From NCBI GenBank assembly GCA_963768855.1, contig CAVYJM010000007.1:32001-96000 (forward strand): DNA of 64,000 nt, written 5' to 3'. The notes under the pieces were generated by a model that did no database searches, was not told the DNA's origin, and saw nothing but the letters and a program-made list of their open reading frames with translations. This document shows, piece after piece, positions 1-9,295 of the stretch. Within the stretch, counting starts at the first letter, position 1. Every line of letters begins with the position of its first letter. The stretch comes from an uncultured Thermoplasmata archaeon. GTDB lineage: Archaea > Thermoplasmatota > Thermoplasmata > RBG-16-68-12. Both the position numbers and the translations under genes were made by a program.

Positions 1-1
1 G

Positions 2-622
2 AAGGGCGTGGACTACCAGGCCCGCCGGCCTCGGAAGGAACTCAACCTGAACCCGCGGACGATCTCCGACGAGGAGTACGACCAGGCCATCGCGCGGCTC
101 CGGGACCCGATGGAACGTCTCGCGGTCCTGATTTCGCATGAGACCGGGTGGTCTCCCTCCGACGTCGTGCAGATCCGGCGGGCGGACATCGACCTGTCCG
201 GCGACCAGGCGGTCATCCGACGCTTCCGCCAGAAGACGAAGGCGATCGGAACGCCACTTCTCGGGAAGGATCTCACGGATGAGCTGCGGGCGTACCTCGC
301 GGCGAACCCGGAGCTCGACTTCATCTTCCCGGGAGACAAGCGGGACGGACTCCCGCACCGGAACCGGACCTGGGTGAATGCGGTCCTCAAGCGCACGGGG
401 GCCGCGTTCAGCCCGCGAGCCTTCCGGTCCAACCTGGCGACCAAGTGGCCCGGAGACAACATCGAGGGCCTGATGCGCCAGGGAATGTGGAAGGACCCGC
501 GGACGATCTTCCAGAACTACCGCGGCAACAGCCTGCCGCGCCAAGCATCCTCCCTCGAGGCGGCGATGGGCCGCCTGGGGAAGGACCCGAAATCGACCGA
601 AGATGTGCCTGGCTACGGGTGA
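2..622 (+). CDS. Tyrosine recombinase/integrase-family catalytic domain, probably 5'-truncated by the window edge, atypical active site
   Basis: ETGWSPSD (typical TGxRxxE), QKTK, SPRAFRSNLAT (typical HxLRH), GMW, terminal NY. The frame is open upstream of the GTG at 8. Confidence 0.8.
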   Translation, partial: KGVDYQARRPRKELNLNPRTISDEEYDQAIARLRDPMERLAVLISHETGWSPSDVVQIRRADIDLSGDQAVIRRFRQKTKAIGTPLLGKDLTDELRAYLAANPELDFIFPGDKRDGLPHRNRTWVNAVLKRTGAAFSPRAFRSNLATKWPGDNIEGLMRQGMWKDPRTIFQNYRGNSLPRQASSLEAAMGRLGKDPKSTEDVPGYG

Positions 623-695
623 TTCACATATCCGGTCCTTCTGTTAGTTCATGGAGAGATTTCGTATACAATGTGTACGCGGTCTCTCAGGGGGT

Positions 696-724
696 CCGCA
701 CATACGCCCGGCCGGGATGTGCGG
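696..724. repeat. Inverted repeat CCGCACAT/ATGTGCGG between the convergent recombinase and rnpB; possible terminator or binding site
   Basis: Perfect 8-bp arms at 696-703 and 717-724. Confidence 0.5.
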
Positions 725-749
725 TCCCTCCGGTGGGTCCTGACAGAAG

Positions 750-1039
750 GGCCAGGTCACCGCCATACGCCCCCTTCTGTTCTGACGGCATTGGACTAAG
801 CGTCCTACCTGGCGCAAAGCGCCTTTTTGGACTTGCTCCGGTGGGGTGTCGCCGTCTCACCAGGTCCCGCACCAACGTCTTCGCCAGCGCGATTCATCCT
901 CGGTGCGGGCTGTGTCGTTTCTGCGCCCTTGCCGGCCCTCTCAGGCCCCCCGCTTGCACGGGGCCACCTCTCGTAAGGAGGGGGGACGTTCCTCAGCTGC
1001 CCTTGCGGGCTACCGTCGGCCGTCCGCGGTCTCCTGGCC
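750..1039 (-). ncRNA. rnpB: RNase P RNA (archaeal)
   Basis: Minus strand carries the P4 5' strand GAGGAACGUCCCCC (981-994), which pairs with AACAGAAGGGGGCGUA (766-781) with the universal bulged U. P1 is GGCCAGGAGACCGC (1026-1039) with GCGGUGACCUGGCC (750-763). Internal GCAGAAACG and CCCCACCGGAGCAAG motifs are present. Confidence 0.93.
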
Positions 1040-1129
1040 GACGCGCCCATCGGGGCAGGGCTATATGGAGTTTGTCTCCTTGCGTTCCGCGGGCGCGAGG
1101 TTTATGCCGGAGTCCGGCTAGAATAGACC

Positions 1130-1486
1130 ATGTCGACCCCCAAGACGTTCCACCCCGAGGGCCTGCGCCGCGAGCACGAGAGCAAGGGCAAGGCATACAT
1201 GGAGTTCCTCCGGGAGCCCGCGATGAGCGCGGGCCTTTACATCCTCCCCACGTCCAGTGAGGATCCTCAGTCGCCGCACACGGAGGACGAGGTCTACGTC
1301 GTCCTGAACGGGCGCGGCAGCATCCAGCTGCCCGGGGAGGATCGGCCCGTCGTGAAAGGCTCGATGGCCTACGTCCCGGCGCACACGGAGCACCGTTTCC
1401 ACTCGATCGAGGAGCCGCTCGAGGTCCTCGTCCTGTTCTCTCCCGCGGAGGGCAGCCACTCGGGGGCCGCGGGCGCCGAAGCCTAA
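1130..1486 (+). CDS. Cupin-domain protein
   Basis: PHTEDEVYVVLNGRG and YVPAHTEHRF cupin motifs. Confidence 0.88.
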   Translation: MSTPKTFHPEGLRREHESKGKAYMEFLREPAMSAGLYILPTSSEDPQSPHTEDEVYVVLNGRGSIQLPGEDRPVVKGSMAYVPAHTEHRFHSIEEPLEVLVLFSPAEGSHSGAAGAEA

Positions 1487-1516
1487 GCCTTTATCCCCGC
1501 GAGCCATCGCGGCGGC

Positions 1517-2728
1517 GTGGCCGGAGATCGCCGCGTCCTCCTGGTGAACAGCGTCTACCACCTCACGAACGACGGCGCGGTGCAGGTCCTCTCCGGGCAG
1601 ATCGCGATCCTGACCGGCGTCTTCGCGTTCGGGCCGTTCGAGACAGGCATCCTGGCCGGGACCTCCCTCCTCGTGAACGCGATCGTCCAGGTCCTCACCG
1701 GCGTGATGAGCGACCGCCGCGATCCGTCCCGGTTCCTGCCGTTCGGCATCCTGATCGTCGGCGTAGCGAGCTTCCTCGTGGCGGCGGCCACCTCGTTTTG
1801 GGCGCTCCTCCTCTTCGTGTCCCTCCTCCGCGTCGGCGCGAGCTTCTACCACCCGGTCGGCATGTCGTGGATCGGCCGCGAGTTCGCGCCCGAGGAGCTC
1901 GACCGGTCCATGGGCTTCCAGTCCGGCTTCGGCGACGCGGGCGAGGTGCTCGGGACCGCGACGGGAGCGATCGTCGGCATCGCCTGGGGATGGCAGTGGG
2001 GCTTCGCGATCTGGGGCGTGACCAATCTCGCCGCGGTCGCGTTCGGCCTCATCCTCGTGCGGGGCCATCCGTCCCCGCCCGTGTCCCGCTCCCCGATCCA
2101 GTGGCGGGACCTCTGGCGCTCGATGTGGGACGTGAGGTTCTGGCTCCTCCCGCTCGCAATCGGGAGCGTGAGCTACAACGTGATCGCTTTGTTCGGGCCG
2201 CAGCTCCTGCACGAGGTCTACGGCGTCAACGCCGGAGTCGCGGGGCTCGTGGTGGCCGTCTGGCTCGGAATCGGGACGGTCATCGCTCTCTCGTTCGGCC
2301 GCCTGAGCCGCCGCTTCGGGCGCTTCGGATTGACCGTGTTCGCGTACGCGGCCGTAGGGTTCGCTTGCCTGGGGGCCGCCACCTTGGGCAACGAGTGGCT
2401 CATCTTGGCGGTGCTCTGGACCCTGGGCGCAGGAATCTTCCTGACCTACCCCGCGCTGTTCGCGTTCGCCTCCCAGGCGAGCCACCGCCAACTCCAGGGA
2501 GCCGCCTTCGGCCTCGTGTTCTTCTTCCAGCTCCTTGGCGGGGCGATCGGCTCATTCGTCGCAGGCGCCCTGTCGAATGTCTTCTCCTCGAGTCCGCTGC
2601 TGACCTACACCGCGCCGTTCTGGTTCGCCTCGGTCGTCTCCCTGGCCACGGCCGTGTACCTGATCGTCCTCCGCAAGCGGGCGACTCCGGCTGACGCTCC
2701 GAGACCCCCGACCTCCCCTGCACCATAG
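1517..2728 (+). CDS. MFS transporter
   Basis: About 12 hydrophobic segments; GVMSDRR and GRLSRRFGR motif-A variants; TTTATC 27 nt upstream. Confidence 0.9.
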   Translation: MAGDRRVLLVNSVYHLTNDGAVQVLSGQIAILTGVFAFGPFETGILAGTSLLVNAIVQVLTGVMSDRRDPSRFLPFGILIVGVASFLVAAATSFWALLLFVSLLRVGASFYHPVGMSWIGREFAPEELDRSMGFQSGFGDAGEVLGTATGAIVGIAWGWQWGFAIWGVTNLAAVAFGLILVRGHPSPPVSRSPIQWRDLWRSMWDVRFWLLPLAIGSVSYNVIALFGPQLLHEVYGVNAGVAGLVVAVWLGIGTVIALSFGRLSRRFGRFGLTVFAYAAVGFACLGAATLGNEWLILAVLWTLGAGIFLTYPALFAFASQASHRQLQGAAFGLVFFFQLLGGAIGSFVAGALSNVFSSSPLLTYTAPFWFASVVSLATAVYLIVLRKRATPADAPRPPTSPAP

Positions 2729-2732
2729 GGGC

Positions 2733-3146
2733 CTAAGGCAGGATCGGCGCGGGCTTCGCCCAGAACTGGGCCAGGATACCGAGCGCGATCCCTGCGATCG
2801 CGGGAAGCACCGCGAGCAGATACGAAAAATCCTCGCTCACCAGGTTCCTCGCGAGGAACAGGATGAGCGTGATGAGTCCCGCGCCGGACCCGAGGACGAT
2901 CAGGATGCGACCCGTCCGCACCCGGTCCATCGAGATGAAGTACGCGCCGAAGAGGACCGCGACGCCGCCAAGCGCTGCGATGCCGCCGAAGACCCGTGAC
3001 AGGAGGAGGAGGGCGGGCTGCGGGCCGAACCAGCTCTCGAGGAGCTCGAAGAAGTGGTCGACCCCGGCGAGCCCGGAGTACCCGACGACCAGCAGGAGGA
3101 CCCCGCCGGCCACGGCCAGGATCGCGGCCTGGGTGTTGACCTTCAT
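2733..3146 (-). CDS. Hypothetical membrane protein (about 4 TM)
   Basis: Hydrophobic segments; tightly coupled downstream of tyrS. Confidence 0.7.
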   Translation of the reverse strand: MKVNTQAAILAVAGGVLLLVVGYSGLAGVDHFFELLESWFGPQPALLLLSRVFGGIAALGGVAVLFGAYFISMDRVRTGRILIVLGSGAGLITLILFLARNLVSEDFSYLLAVLPAIAGIALGILAQFWAKPAPILP

Positions 3147-3149
3147 CGG

Positions 3150-4199
3150 TCACCGCTTCGCGACGAGGGCCTGCATCGCCTTGAGGTTCGCCGGGTGGGC
3201 TTCGAAGTACCGATGCACGGGCGCGAGCTCTGCGTTCAGGGCGGCCGCGACGCCGGCCTTCAGGTCCTTGGGGTGCAGCTCGCCCTTGGCGTACACCCCG
3301 GAAAGCTCCGCGCACGACCTGAAGGTGACGTCCCCGCCGAACTTCGCCTCGCGGGAGATCGTTAACGAGCCTCGCCGCGGGAACAGGATGAGCTTCGCGA
3401 TCCCGAGTACGGGGTTGTCCTCCGTGTCCTTCGGCGGGCAGAAGGCCTTCCCGATCTTCCGCTCGACCTCCGCGGGCGCGTCGTTGATCAGGATGCTCGC
3501 GTCGGGCTTCGACTTGGACATCTTGCCCTCGACGGGGTCCATCCGGCCTCCGCCCTCCAGACCCGGGAGGAGCGGCGTGTGCAGAGCCACGACCTGCTTC
3601 CAGCCGAGCCGCGGCGCGACGTCCCGGTAGAGCATGTGCGCGTGCCGCTGGTCCATGCCGCCGTACGCGAGGTCGAGGTCCATCCAGGAGATGTCCGCGA
3701 CCTGCATGGCGGGATAGATGAGCTTCGAGGCGTCGAGGTCCGCCTCTTCCTCCTTGCGGCCCATGATCGTGAGCGCACGCCGGATCCGCGCGACGGTCGA
3801 GACCTTGGAGACGGAGATGACCTTCTGCCAGTACTCCGGGTGCTTCACGAACTCGTTCGCATAGAGGAACTCGACCGTGTCCGGGACGCCGAGCGCCCGG
3901 AAGCCGTCCCGGAAGTACTCGGCGCAGACCTGGATCGCCTCCAGGCTCCCGCCGAACTTGTCGTTGATGTACGCGTGCCAGTCCGCGAGGAAGATGATCG
4001 CGTGGAACCCCGCCTCCACGAGATCCGCGATCTTCTGGCCGACGATGAACCCCGTGCCGATGTGCATGAGTCCGGAGGGTTCGAGCCCGACGTACGCGCG
4101 CGGCGTGCCGCCCTTCTCCAGGAGCGCCCGCGCCTCCTCGCGTGTGACGACCTCCTCGGTCCCGCGGAGCACGAGGCCCAGCCGGTCCTCCGTCGTCAT
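3150..4199 (-). CDS. tyrS: Tyrosine-tRNA ligase (archaeal type)
   Basis: YVGLEPSGLMHIG, YPAMQVADI, GGMDQRHAHM, KMSKS. Confidence 0.97.
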   Translation of the reverse strand: MTTEDRLGLVLRGTEEVVTREEARALLEKGGTPRAYVGLEPSGLMHIGTGFIVGQKIADLVEAGFHAIIFLADWHAYINDKFGGSLEAIQVCAEYFRDGFRALGVPDTVEFLYANEFVKHPEYWQKVISVSKVSTVARIRRALTIMGRKEEEADLDASKLIYPAMQVADISWMDLDLAYGGMDQRHAHMLYRDVAPRLGWKQVVALHTPLLPGLEGGGRMDPVEGKMSKSKPDASILINDAPAEVERKIGKAFCPPKDTEDNPVLGIAKLILFPRRGSLTISREAKFGGDVTFRSCAELSGVYAKGELHPKDLKAGVAAALNAELAPVHRYFEAHPANLKAMQALVAKR

Positions 4200-4234
4200 C
4201 GGGCCACGGAACCGGCGTGGGCGGGATAAACCTT

Positions 4235-4630
4235 TCAGCCCTGCCGCTTGCGCTGGGCCTTGTCCTTGAGGTTCCGGGCGGCGCGCTCCGTCGCATCCGC
4301 GACTTTCTCGACCGCCGGGCTGACGGCCTTGACGGTCTTGTCCGCGGCGTCCTTCGTCACCTGGAAGGCCTTGTCCGCCGCGGGCTTGAGCGCGCGGGTC
4401 GTGTCTTCGAACGCGGGGCGGATTGCCTTGACCGCCCTGTCAACGGTCGGTTCGACCGCCTTGGCGGCGCGGTCGAGCGCCCGGCCCGCCGTGTCGACGA
4501 CGTCCTTCGTGACGCGGGTCACGGTCTTCACGACATGGTCCACCGGGTCCACGACCGCAGCGCACTGGGTGCAGTAGGTGGCATTGGCCGGGAGCGCGGA
4601 TCCGCACTGGGGACAGTACATCGGGTTCAC
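4235..4630 (-). CDS. Double zinc-ribbon protein with 11-residue amphipathic repeats
   Basis: CPQC..CTQC N-terminus; prolines at residues 61, 72, 83 and 105. Confidence 0.75.
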   Translation of the reverse strand: MNPMYCPQCGSALPANATYCTQCAAVVDPVDHVVKTVTRVTKDVVDTAGRALDRAAKAVEPTVDRAVKAIRPAFEDTTRALKPAADKAFQVTKDAADKTVKAVSPAVEKVADATERAARNLKDKAQRKRQG

Positions 4631-4700
4631 CAGGTCTCCCTATGCCTTCCGCCTCTAATCCCTTTCCCTCGCCGGTGTCAAGAGACCGACATCCTCGCCC

Positions 4701-5120
4701 TCATTTGAGCGCTTCGCGGGCGGTCGCGAACTTGTTCGCATGCGCGTACTCCGCCTTCGTCAGGACGTCGAAGTACTTCGCAATCTCCTCGAATCCTTCC
4801 TCCCGCGCCACCTTCGCGAAGGAAGGGTACATCGTCGTGTACTCGTACGTCTCGCCGACAACGGAGGAGTTCAGCATCTCCCGCACGCTCGCGACGCTCT
4901 CGCCCGTGACCGGATCGCCCATCTCCTTCATCGAGTCGAAGTGGTGGAACGCGTGGGCCGTCTCGCCTTCCGCGATGCCCTTGAACAGGGCCGCCACTTC
5001 CGGGTAACCCTCCTCGTCCGCCTTGCGCGAGAAGTAGAGGTAGCGGCGGTTTGCCTGCGCCTCGCCGGCGAATGCGGTCTTGAGGTTCTCCAGCGTCTTG
5101 GTTTCCTTCAAACTGGCCAT
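4701..5120 (-). CDS. Rubrerythrin-family (short, ferritin-like) protein
   Basis: TLENLKTAFAGEAQANRRYLYF, ETAHA, ETYEYTTMYP, EYAH. Confidence 0.93.
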   Translation of the reverse strand: MASLKETKTLENLKTAFAGEAQANRRYLYFSRKADEEGYPEVAALFKGIAEGETAHAFHHFDSMKEMGDPVTGESVASVREMLNSSVVGETYEYTTMYPSFAKVAREEGFEEIAKYFDVLTKAEYAHANKFATAREALK

Positions 5121-5244
5121 GTCATCGGACTCCTTGGTCGGATCGCTGTTGGATGCGGTCACGCATCCCCGCTCCCCTTCCGGGCCGCCTCCTAAAGGAG
5201 ATGACGCAAGTAGAGTACGTAGTTGGGCCCGAGGAAGCCGGAAG

Positions 5245-6291
5245 TCAGGGCGACGTCGGTGCCCGCGGGCGTCGCTTCACGCGGGCTTCCAGGACGGCAT
5301 GGACGATGCCCGGGGCGTACGACTTGAGGATCCGCGAGTGGACGGACTCGACGTCGTACCAGTGGCGCCGGGCGCCTTCCGTCAGGTGAGCGATGGGCGT
5401 CTTGGGGAACTGCTCTCTCGGGCAGAGCTCATGGTACACGACGAGCCCGGCACCCCGGAGGGAATCGAATGCGACGTCGAGGTACTCCGATGCGGAGAAA
5501 TGACCCATGATCACGACGTCCGCGATCCCGCGGGGCGCTGTGCTCCGGCAGTCGCCGAAGAGGGGCACCACGTTCGAGGCCCGGTTGATTCGCAGGTTCT
5601 CAAGCAGGTAGTGGTAGGCAACCGGGCTCAGCTCGCACGCGTAGACCGCGGCGGGCCGGGCATGCACCGCGATCGGGAGCGTGAAGTAGCCGATCCCCGC
5701 GAACAGGTCGACGACCACCGCTCCATCGCGGATCTTGGACGGGATCGACGTCCGCTCGGGAAGGTTGCCCGAGGAGAACATGATCTTCGCGACGTCGAAC
5801 GCGTACTGGACGCCGCCTTCGACGTGCACAACTTCCATTCCCCGGCCCCAGAGGACGCGGACCTCCGGCGTGCGGAGGACGCCATGGATCCCGGAGCGGT
5901 CCTCGACCACCGTGCGGGCGTCCAGGACCTCGGCGAATGCGGCCCCGATCGCCGCATCGTACCGCTGGGCCGCCTCGGAGAGCCGCACGACGACCAAGTC
6001 CCCGAGCCGCTCCCATTTCGTGGGCGCCACCTCCGGGGGCACGCCGTACCGGTGGAGGCGCTCACGGAGCTCCGCGCGGGGGTCCCGGGCGGATGGCCGG
6101 GGGATCGGATTCGTGTACTCCTCCATGCGAGCGGAATAGGGAGCGAGCGGGATGCTCGGCTCGGCGGTGACCGGGATCACGACCTCGGTTCCGCGTTTCA
6201 CGATCCGGACCGAGCGGTCGACGATCCCGAGGTGATGGAGCTCCCGGCGCAGGTCCTCCGCTCGGAAAGCGGGGACGACCACGGACCGCAT
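5245..6291 (-). CDS. taw2: Trm5/Taw2-family SAM-dependent tRNA-modifying enzyme, Taw2-like
   Basis: DVAKIMFS, DLFAGIGYF, VIMG, KSYAPG. Start re-called at ATG 6291 (MRSVVVP). Confidence 0.8.
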   Translation of the reverse strand: MRSVVVPAFRAEDLRRELHHLGIVDRSVRIVKRGTEVVIPVTAEPSIPLAPYSARMEEYTNPIPRPSARDPRAELRERLHRYGVPPEVAPTKWERLGDLVVVRLSEAAQRYDAAIGAAFAEVLDARTVVEDRSGIHGVLRTPEVRVLWGRGMEVVHVEGGVQYAFDVAKIMFSSGNLPERTSIPSKIRDGAVVVDLFAGIGYFTLPIAVHARPAAVYACELSPVAYHYLLENLRINRASNVVPLFGDCRSTAPRGIADVVIMGHFSASEYLDVAFDSLRGAGLVVYHELCPREQFPKTPIAHLTEGARRHWYDVESVHSRILKSYAPGIVHAVLEARVKRRPRAPTSP

Positions 6292-6381
6292 CCCGTGAAC
6301 GAACGGTCGCGAGACTATCTCTCTTTCCTTCCGGCTCGAGTCTCGATATCTATATGAGGCTCCTTCCGCTTCGCGCGACTC

Positions 6382-7269
6382 ATGCGGGCGCCCGCCACGG
6401 CCGCCGCCCTTCTCCTTGTCTTCGTCCTCCTTTCGGCCACGGCGCGGGCCGGCGTCGCGCCCACGGCGATCGGAAGTCCGCCCAAGGCCGCCGCGGAGGA
6501 TTTCGGCGCGGTGGGCCGGGTCAACCACCTGATCAACGTGACCTCGACGCCCCAGCTTGAGCCCGGCCAGAGCGGCGACTTCGTGTTCAACTTCACCTCG
6601 ACGTACCCCGCCGGCATGACGATGTTCAACGTCTCGCTCAACATCGGCATCTACCGGTACGCGACGATCGAGTCCTCGGTCCCCGTCGACGCGAACTGGT
6701 CCTATCCGTATCCGCGCATCGCCCAGACGGGCACGCGGGAGTGGCCGTGGACGAACGCTTCCGTGGCTCCGGGGAGCGCCCGGCAGCTCTCCTTCACGAT
6801 CGTGACCTCCGCGGACTCGAACCTCATGCCCTCCGGATCGGTCTTCTCCCAGGCGAGCTACTTCCTTCGAATGGGGCTCACGTTCGACGGCAATGTCAGC
6901 GGCAACTTGACTCACTTCCGGATGGCTTCGCTCGGCTTCTTCAGCGCGGCGACTTGGGCCCTCGCGACGAACGAGAGTTCGATCACCCCCTGCAATCCGC
7001 CCTGGTGCCGGGGGAACCTGAACCTGACGATCCTGAACGTCGACGGCGTCCTCCCGGACATATCCTTCGGCGTGAAGCAGCCGATCCCGCAGTGGCCGTT
7101 CTACCTCCTGATCGCCCTGGCCGTCGTCTTCGTCGTCCTCGCGTTCCTCTTCTGGGTCGAGGAGAACCCGGGGACGTACCCGCGCGTGGAGACCTGGTGG
7201 GCGCGTCAGCGGGGGCGAATCGCCCGGGTGCGCCCGAGGCGGCGGCGAAAGGAGAAAGGGAGTCCCTAG
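6382..7269 (+). CDS. Secreted, C-terminally membrane-anchored glycoprotein of unknown function
   Basis: Signal peptide, about nine N-x-S/T sequons, C-terminal TM helix and basic tail. Confidence 0.8.
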   Translation: MRAPATAAALLLVFVLLSATARAGVAPTAIGSPPKAAAEDFGAVGRVNHLINVTSTPQLEPGQSGDFVFNFTSTYPAGMTMFNVSLNIGIYRYATIESSVPVDANWSYPYPRIAQTGTREWPWTNASVAPGSARQLSFTIVTSADSNLMPSGSVFSQASYFLRMGLTFDGNVSGNLTHFRMASLGFFSAATWALATNESSITPCNPPWCRGNLNLTILNVDGVLPDISFGVKQPIPQWPFYLLIALAVVFVVLAFLFWVEENPGTYPRVETWWARQRGRIARVRPRRRRKEKGSP

Positions 7270-7347
7270 CCGTTTCCGCCCGCGGTGGCTCCGGGAGACG
7301 GGTTGCGGGTCGAAAGGTTTTTAGCCGCCTCCCCTTTGGCACGGTCC

Positions 7348-7548
7348 GTGACGGAGGTCGAATTCCCCCACCGGGTCGCGTTCCTGTTCTACCTCGCCCT
7401 GTTCATGGCCGGGGTCATCTTCTACCTCGTTTGGGGATTCCTCTATGGGGCGTGGAACCTCTTCGCGGCGGACTGGATCGGGGCGTACGCGGTGACCGTG
7501 ATCCTCGTCGGCTTCGGGCTCGTCGGGATGCTTCTCTACAAGGATTGA
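7348..7548 (+). CDS. Small 2-TM membrane protein
   Basis: Two hydrophobic helices; TTTTTAG about 25 nt before the GTG at 7348. Confidence 0.7.
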   Translation: MTEVEFPHRVAFLFYLALFMAGVIFYLVWGFLYGAWNLFAADWIGAYAVTVILVGFGLVGMLLYKD

Positions 7549-7585
7549 GGGATTCCGCCAGCAGGTCTTTGCCGCCTAACGGGAG

Positions 7586-7735
7586 ATGGCCTCCCGAAAC
7601 GAGGGATGCAGTGGAGTCCGGCCACCGGGCTCCGGTGCCCGGCATCACAGAGGGTACGAGATCGATCTCCACGAGGACGGCATGGCCCGGTGCCGTGCGT
7701 GCGGCCGCGTGTCCGCGCCGCGAAGCCCGCGCTGA
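7586..7735 (+). CDS. Putative 49-aa zinc-finger microprotein (not in ORF track)
   Basis: MASRNEGCSGVRPPGSGARHHRGYEIDLHEDGMARCRACGRVSAPRSPR; GGGAG directly upstream; fills an otherwise empty gap. Confidence 0.42.
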   Translation: MASRNEGCSGVRPPGSGARHHRGYEIDLHEDGMARCRACGRVSAPRSPR

Positions 7736-7815
7736 TCGTCGTAGGGTATCGGCTGAGCGTGGCGTGAACCGCGGCAGGGGTGATCGCCCACGCGGATTGT
7801 AGGAGCCGGCCAGCG

Positions 7816-9210
7816 TCAGTACGCCTTCGCGGCATAGACGAATTGTAGGGTGGGCTTGCCGCAGATGGCGCATGCGCCGTTGAACTCCTCCGGGTAGAAC
7901 GGAGTCCCGAGGACGTTCATCCCCGTCCGGTCCGAAATCGCCTTCCCGCACTCTTCGGTCCCGCACCACCCCACGCGGTTGATCCCGTCCTTCGCATCCT
8001 CGAGCTTCGTGATCGTGAACGTGTTCTCCCGGAGGGACTTCTCCGCGCGGTCCCACATATCGATCTGCATGAGTTCGAGCACGGAGCGCAAGCGGTCCGG
8101 CAGGCCCTCCCGCGGCAGCTCCCGCTTCTGACCGGTGTCCCGGCGGACGACGGTCACGGCCTGCTTCGCGATGTCGCGCGGGCCGAGCTCCACGCGGACC
8201 GGAACGCCGCGGGCTTCCCAGTAGTAGTACTTGTCGCCCGGCCGGACATCCCGGTCGTCGAGCTTCACGCGCATCCGCTCGCGCAGTTCCATGAAGAGCC
8301 GCTGCGCCTCGAGGAGGATCTCCTCCTGACGTCCCTTCTCCAGGATCGGCACGACGACCGCTTGGACGGGGGCGACCGCGGGAGGCAGGACGATCCCTTT
8401 CTCGTCCCCATGGATTGACAGGATCGCGCCCAGGATCCGCTCGCTCATGCCGTCCGTCGTTTGGTGGACGTACGTGTGCTCGCCTTTCTCCGTCTCGTAG
8501 GTGACGTCGTAGACCTTTGCGAAGTTGTCGCGGTACTGATGGAACGTCGCGACCTGTAGCGCGCGGCCGGAGGGCAGGAGCGTGTCCGCGCCAAGGCTGT
8601 AGTGCGCGCCGGGGAACTTGTCCCAGTCGGGACGCCGCGAGACCAGGTAGGGCAGCGCGAGCAGCCGCATGAGGCGCTCGTTGATCTGGAGGTCCTCGCG
8701 GATCTGCTGCTCCGCGTCCTCGAACGTCGCGTGGGCCGTGTGGGACTCGAAGAAGTGGATTTCCCGCACGCGCACGAACGACCGCGTCATCTTCGTCTCA
8801 TAGCGGAAGACCGGCACGATCTGGTAGACCTTGAGCGGAAGGTCTGCATGGCTCCTCACCCAGATCTTGAACATGGGGTACATCGCGGTCTCGGACGTCG
8901 GGCGGAGGACGAGGCGCACGTCGAGTTCGTTCACGCCACCGTGGGTGACCCAGAAGACCTCGCCCTCGAAGCCCTTGACGTGCTCGGCCTCCTTCTGGAA
9001 CTCCGTCTCGGGGATCAGGACCGGGAAGTTGACCTCGCCGTGTCCCGTGGCGTCGAACTCCTCGCGCATCGCGTGGTCGATGAGCTTCATGATCGACCAA
9101 CCGTAGGGCCGCCAGACGTTCATGCCCTTGATCGGGTAGCGCTTGTCGCTGAGCTCGGCCTTCTCGATGATCTCGTTGTACCAGTCGGAGAATTCCTCTT
9201 CCTTTCGCAT
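7816..9210 (-). CDS. proS: Proline-tRNA ligase (archaeal/eukaryotic type)
   Basis: FSDWYNEII, LRPTSET, FRYET, FVRVREIHFFESH; C-terminal Zn site ending AKAY. Start at ATG 9210. Confidence 0.97.
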   Translation of the reverse strand: MRKEEEFSDWYNEIIEKAELSDKRYPIKGMNVWRPYGWSIMKLIDHAMREEFDATGHGEVNFPVLIPETEFQKEAEHVKGFEGEVFWVTHGGVNELDVRLVLRPTSETAMYPMFKIWVRSHADLPLKVYQIVPVFRYETKMTRSFVRVREIHFFESHTAHATFEDAEQQIREDLQINERLMRLLALPYLVSRRPDWDKFPGAHYSLGADTLLPSGRALQVATFHQYRDNFAKVYDVTYETEKGEHTYVHQTTDGMSERILGAILSIHGDEKGIVLPPAVAPVQAVVVPILEKGRQEEILLEAQRLFMELRERMRVKLDDRDVRPGDKYYYWEARGVPVRVELGPRDIAKQAVTVVRRDTGQKRELPREGLPDRLRSVLELMQIDMWDRAEKSLRENTFTITKLEDAKDGINRVGWCGTEECGKAISDRTGMNVLGTPFYPEEFNGACAICGKPTLQFVYAAKAY

Positions 9211-9295
9211 GGGACGCACGGCGAAGGAGAGGGTCGGATAATACTTTTCCGGTGAAGGCACCGCGGGACACAAGCACCCGAGCTCTCGGTCATTC

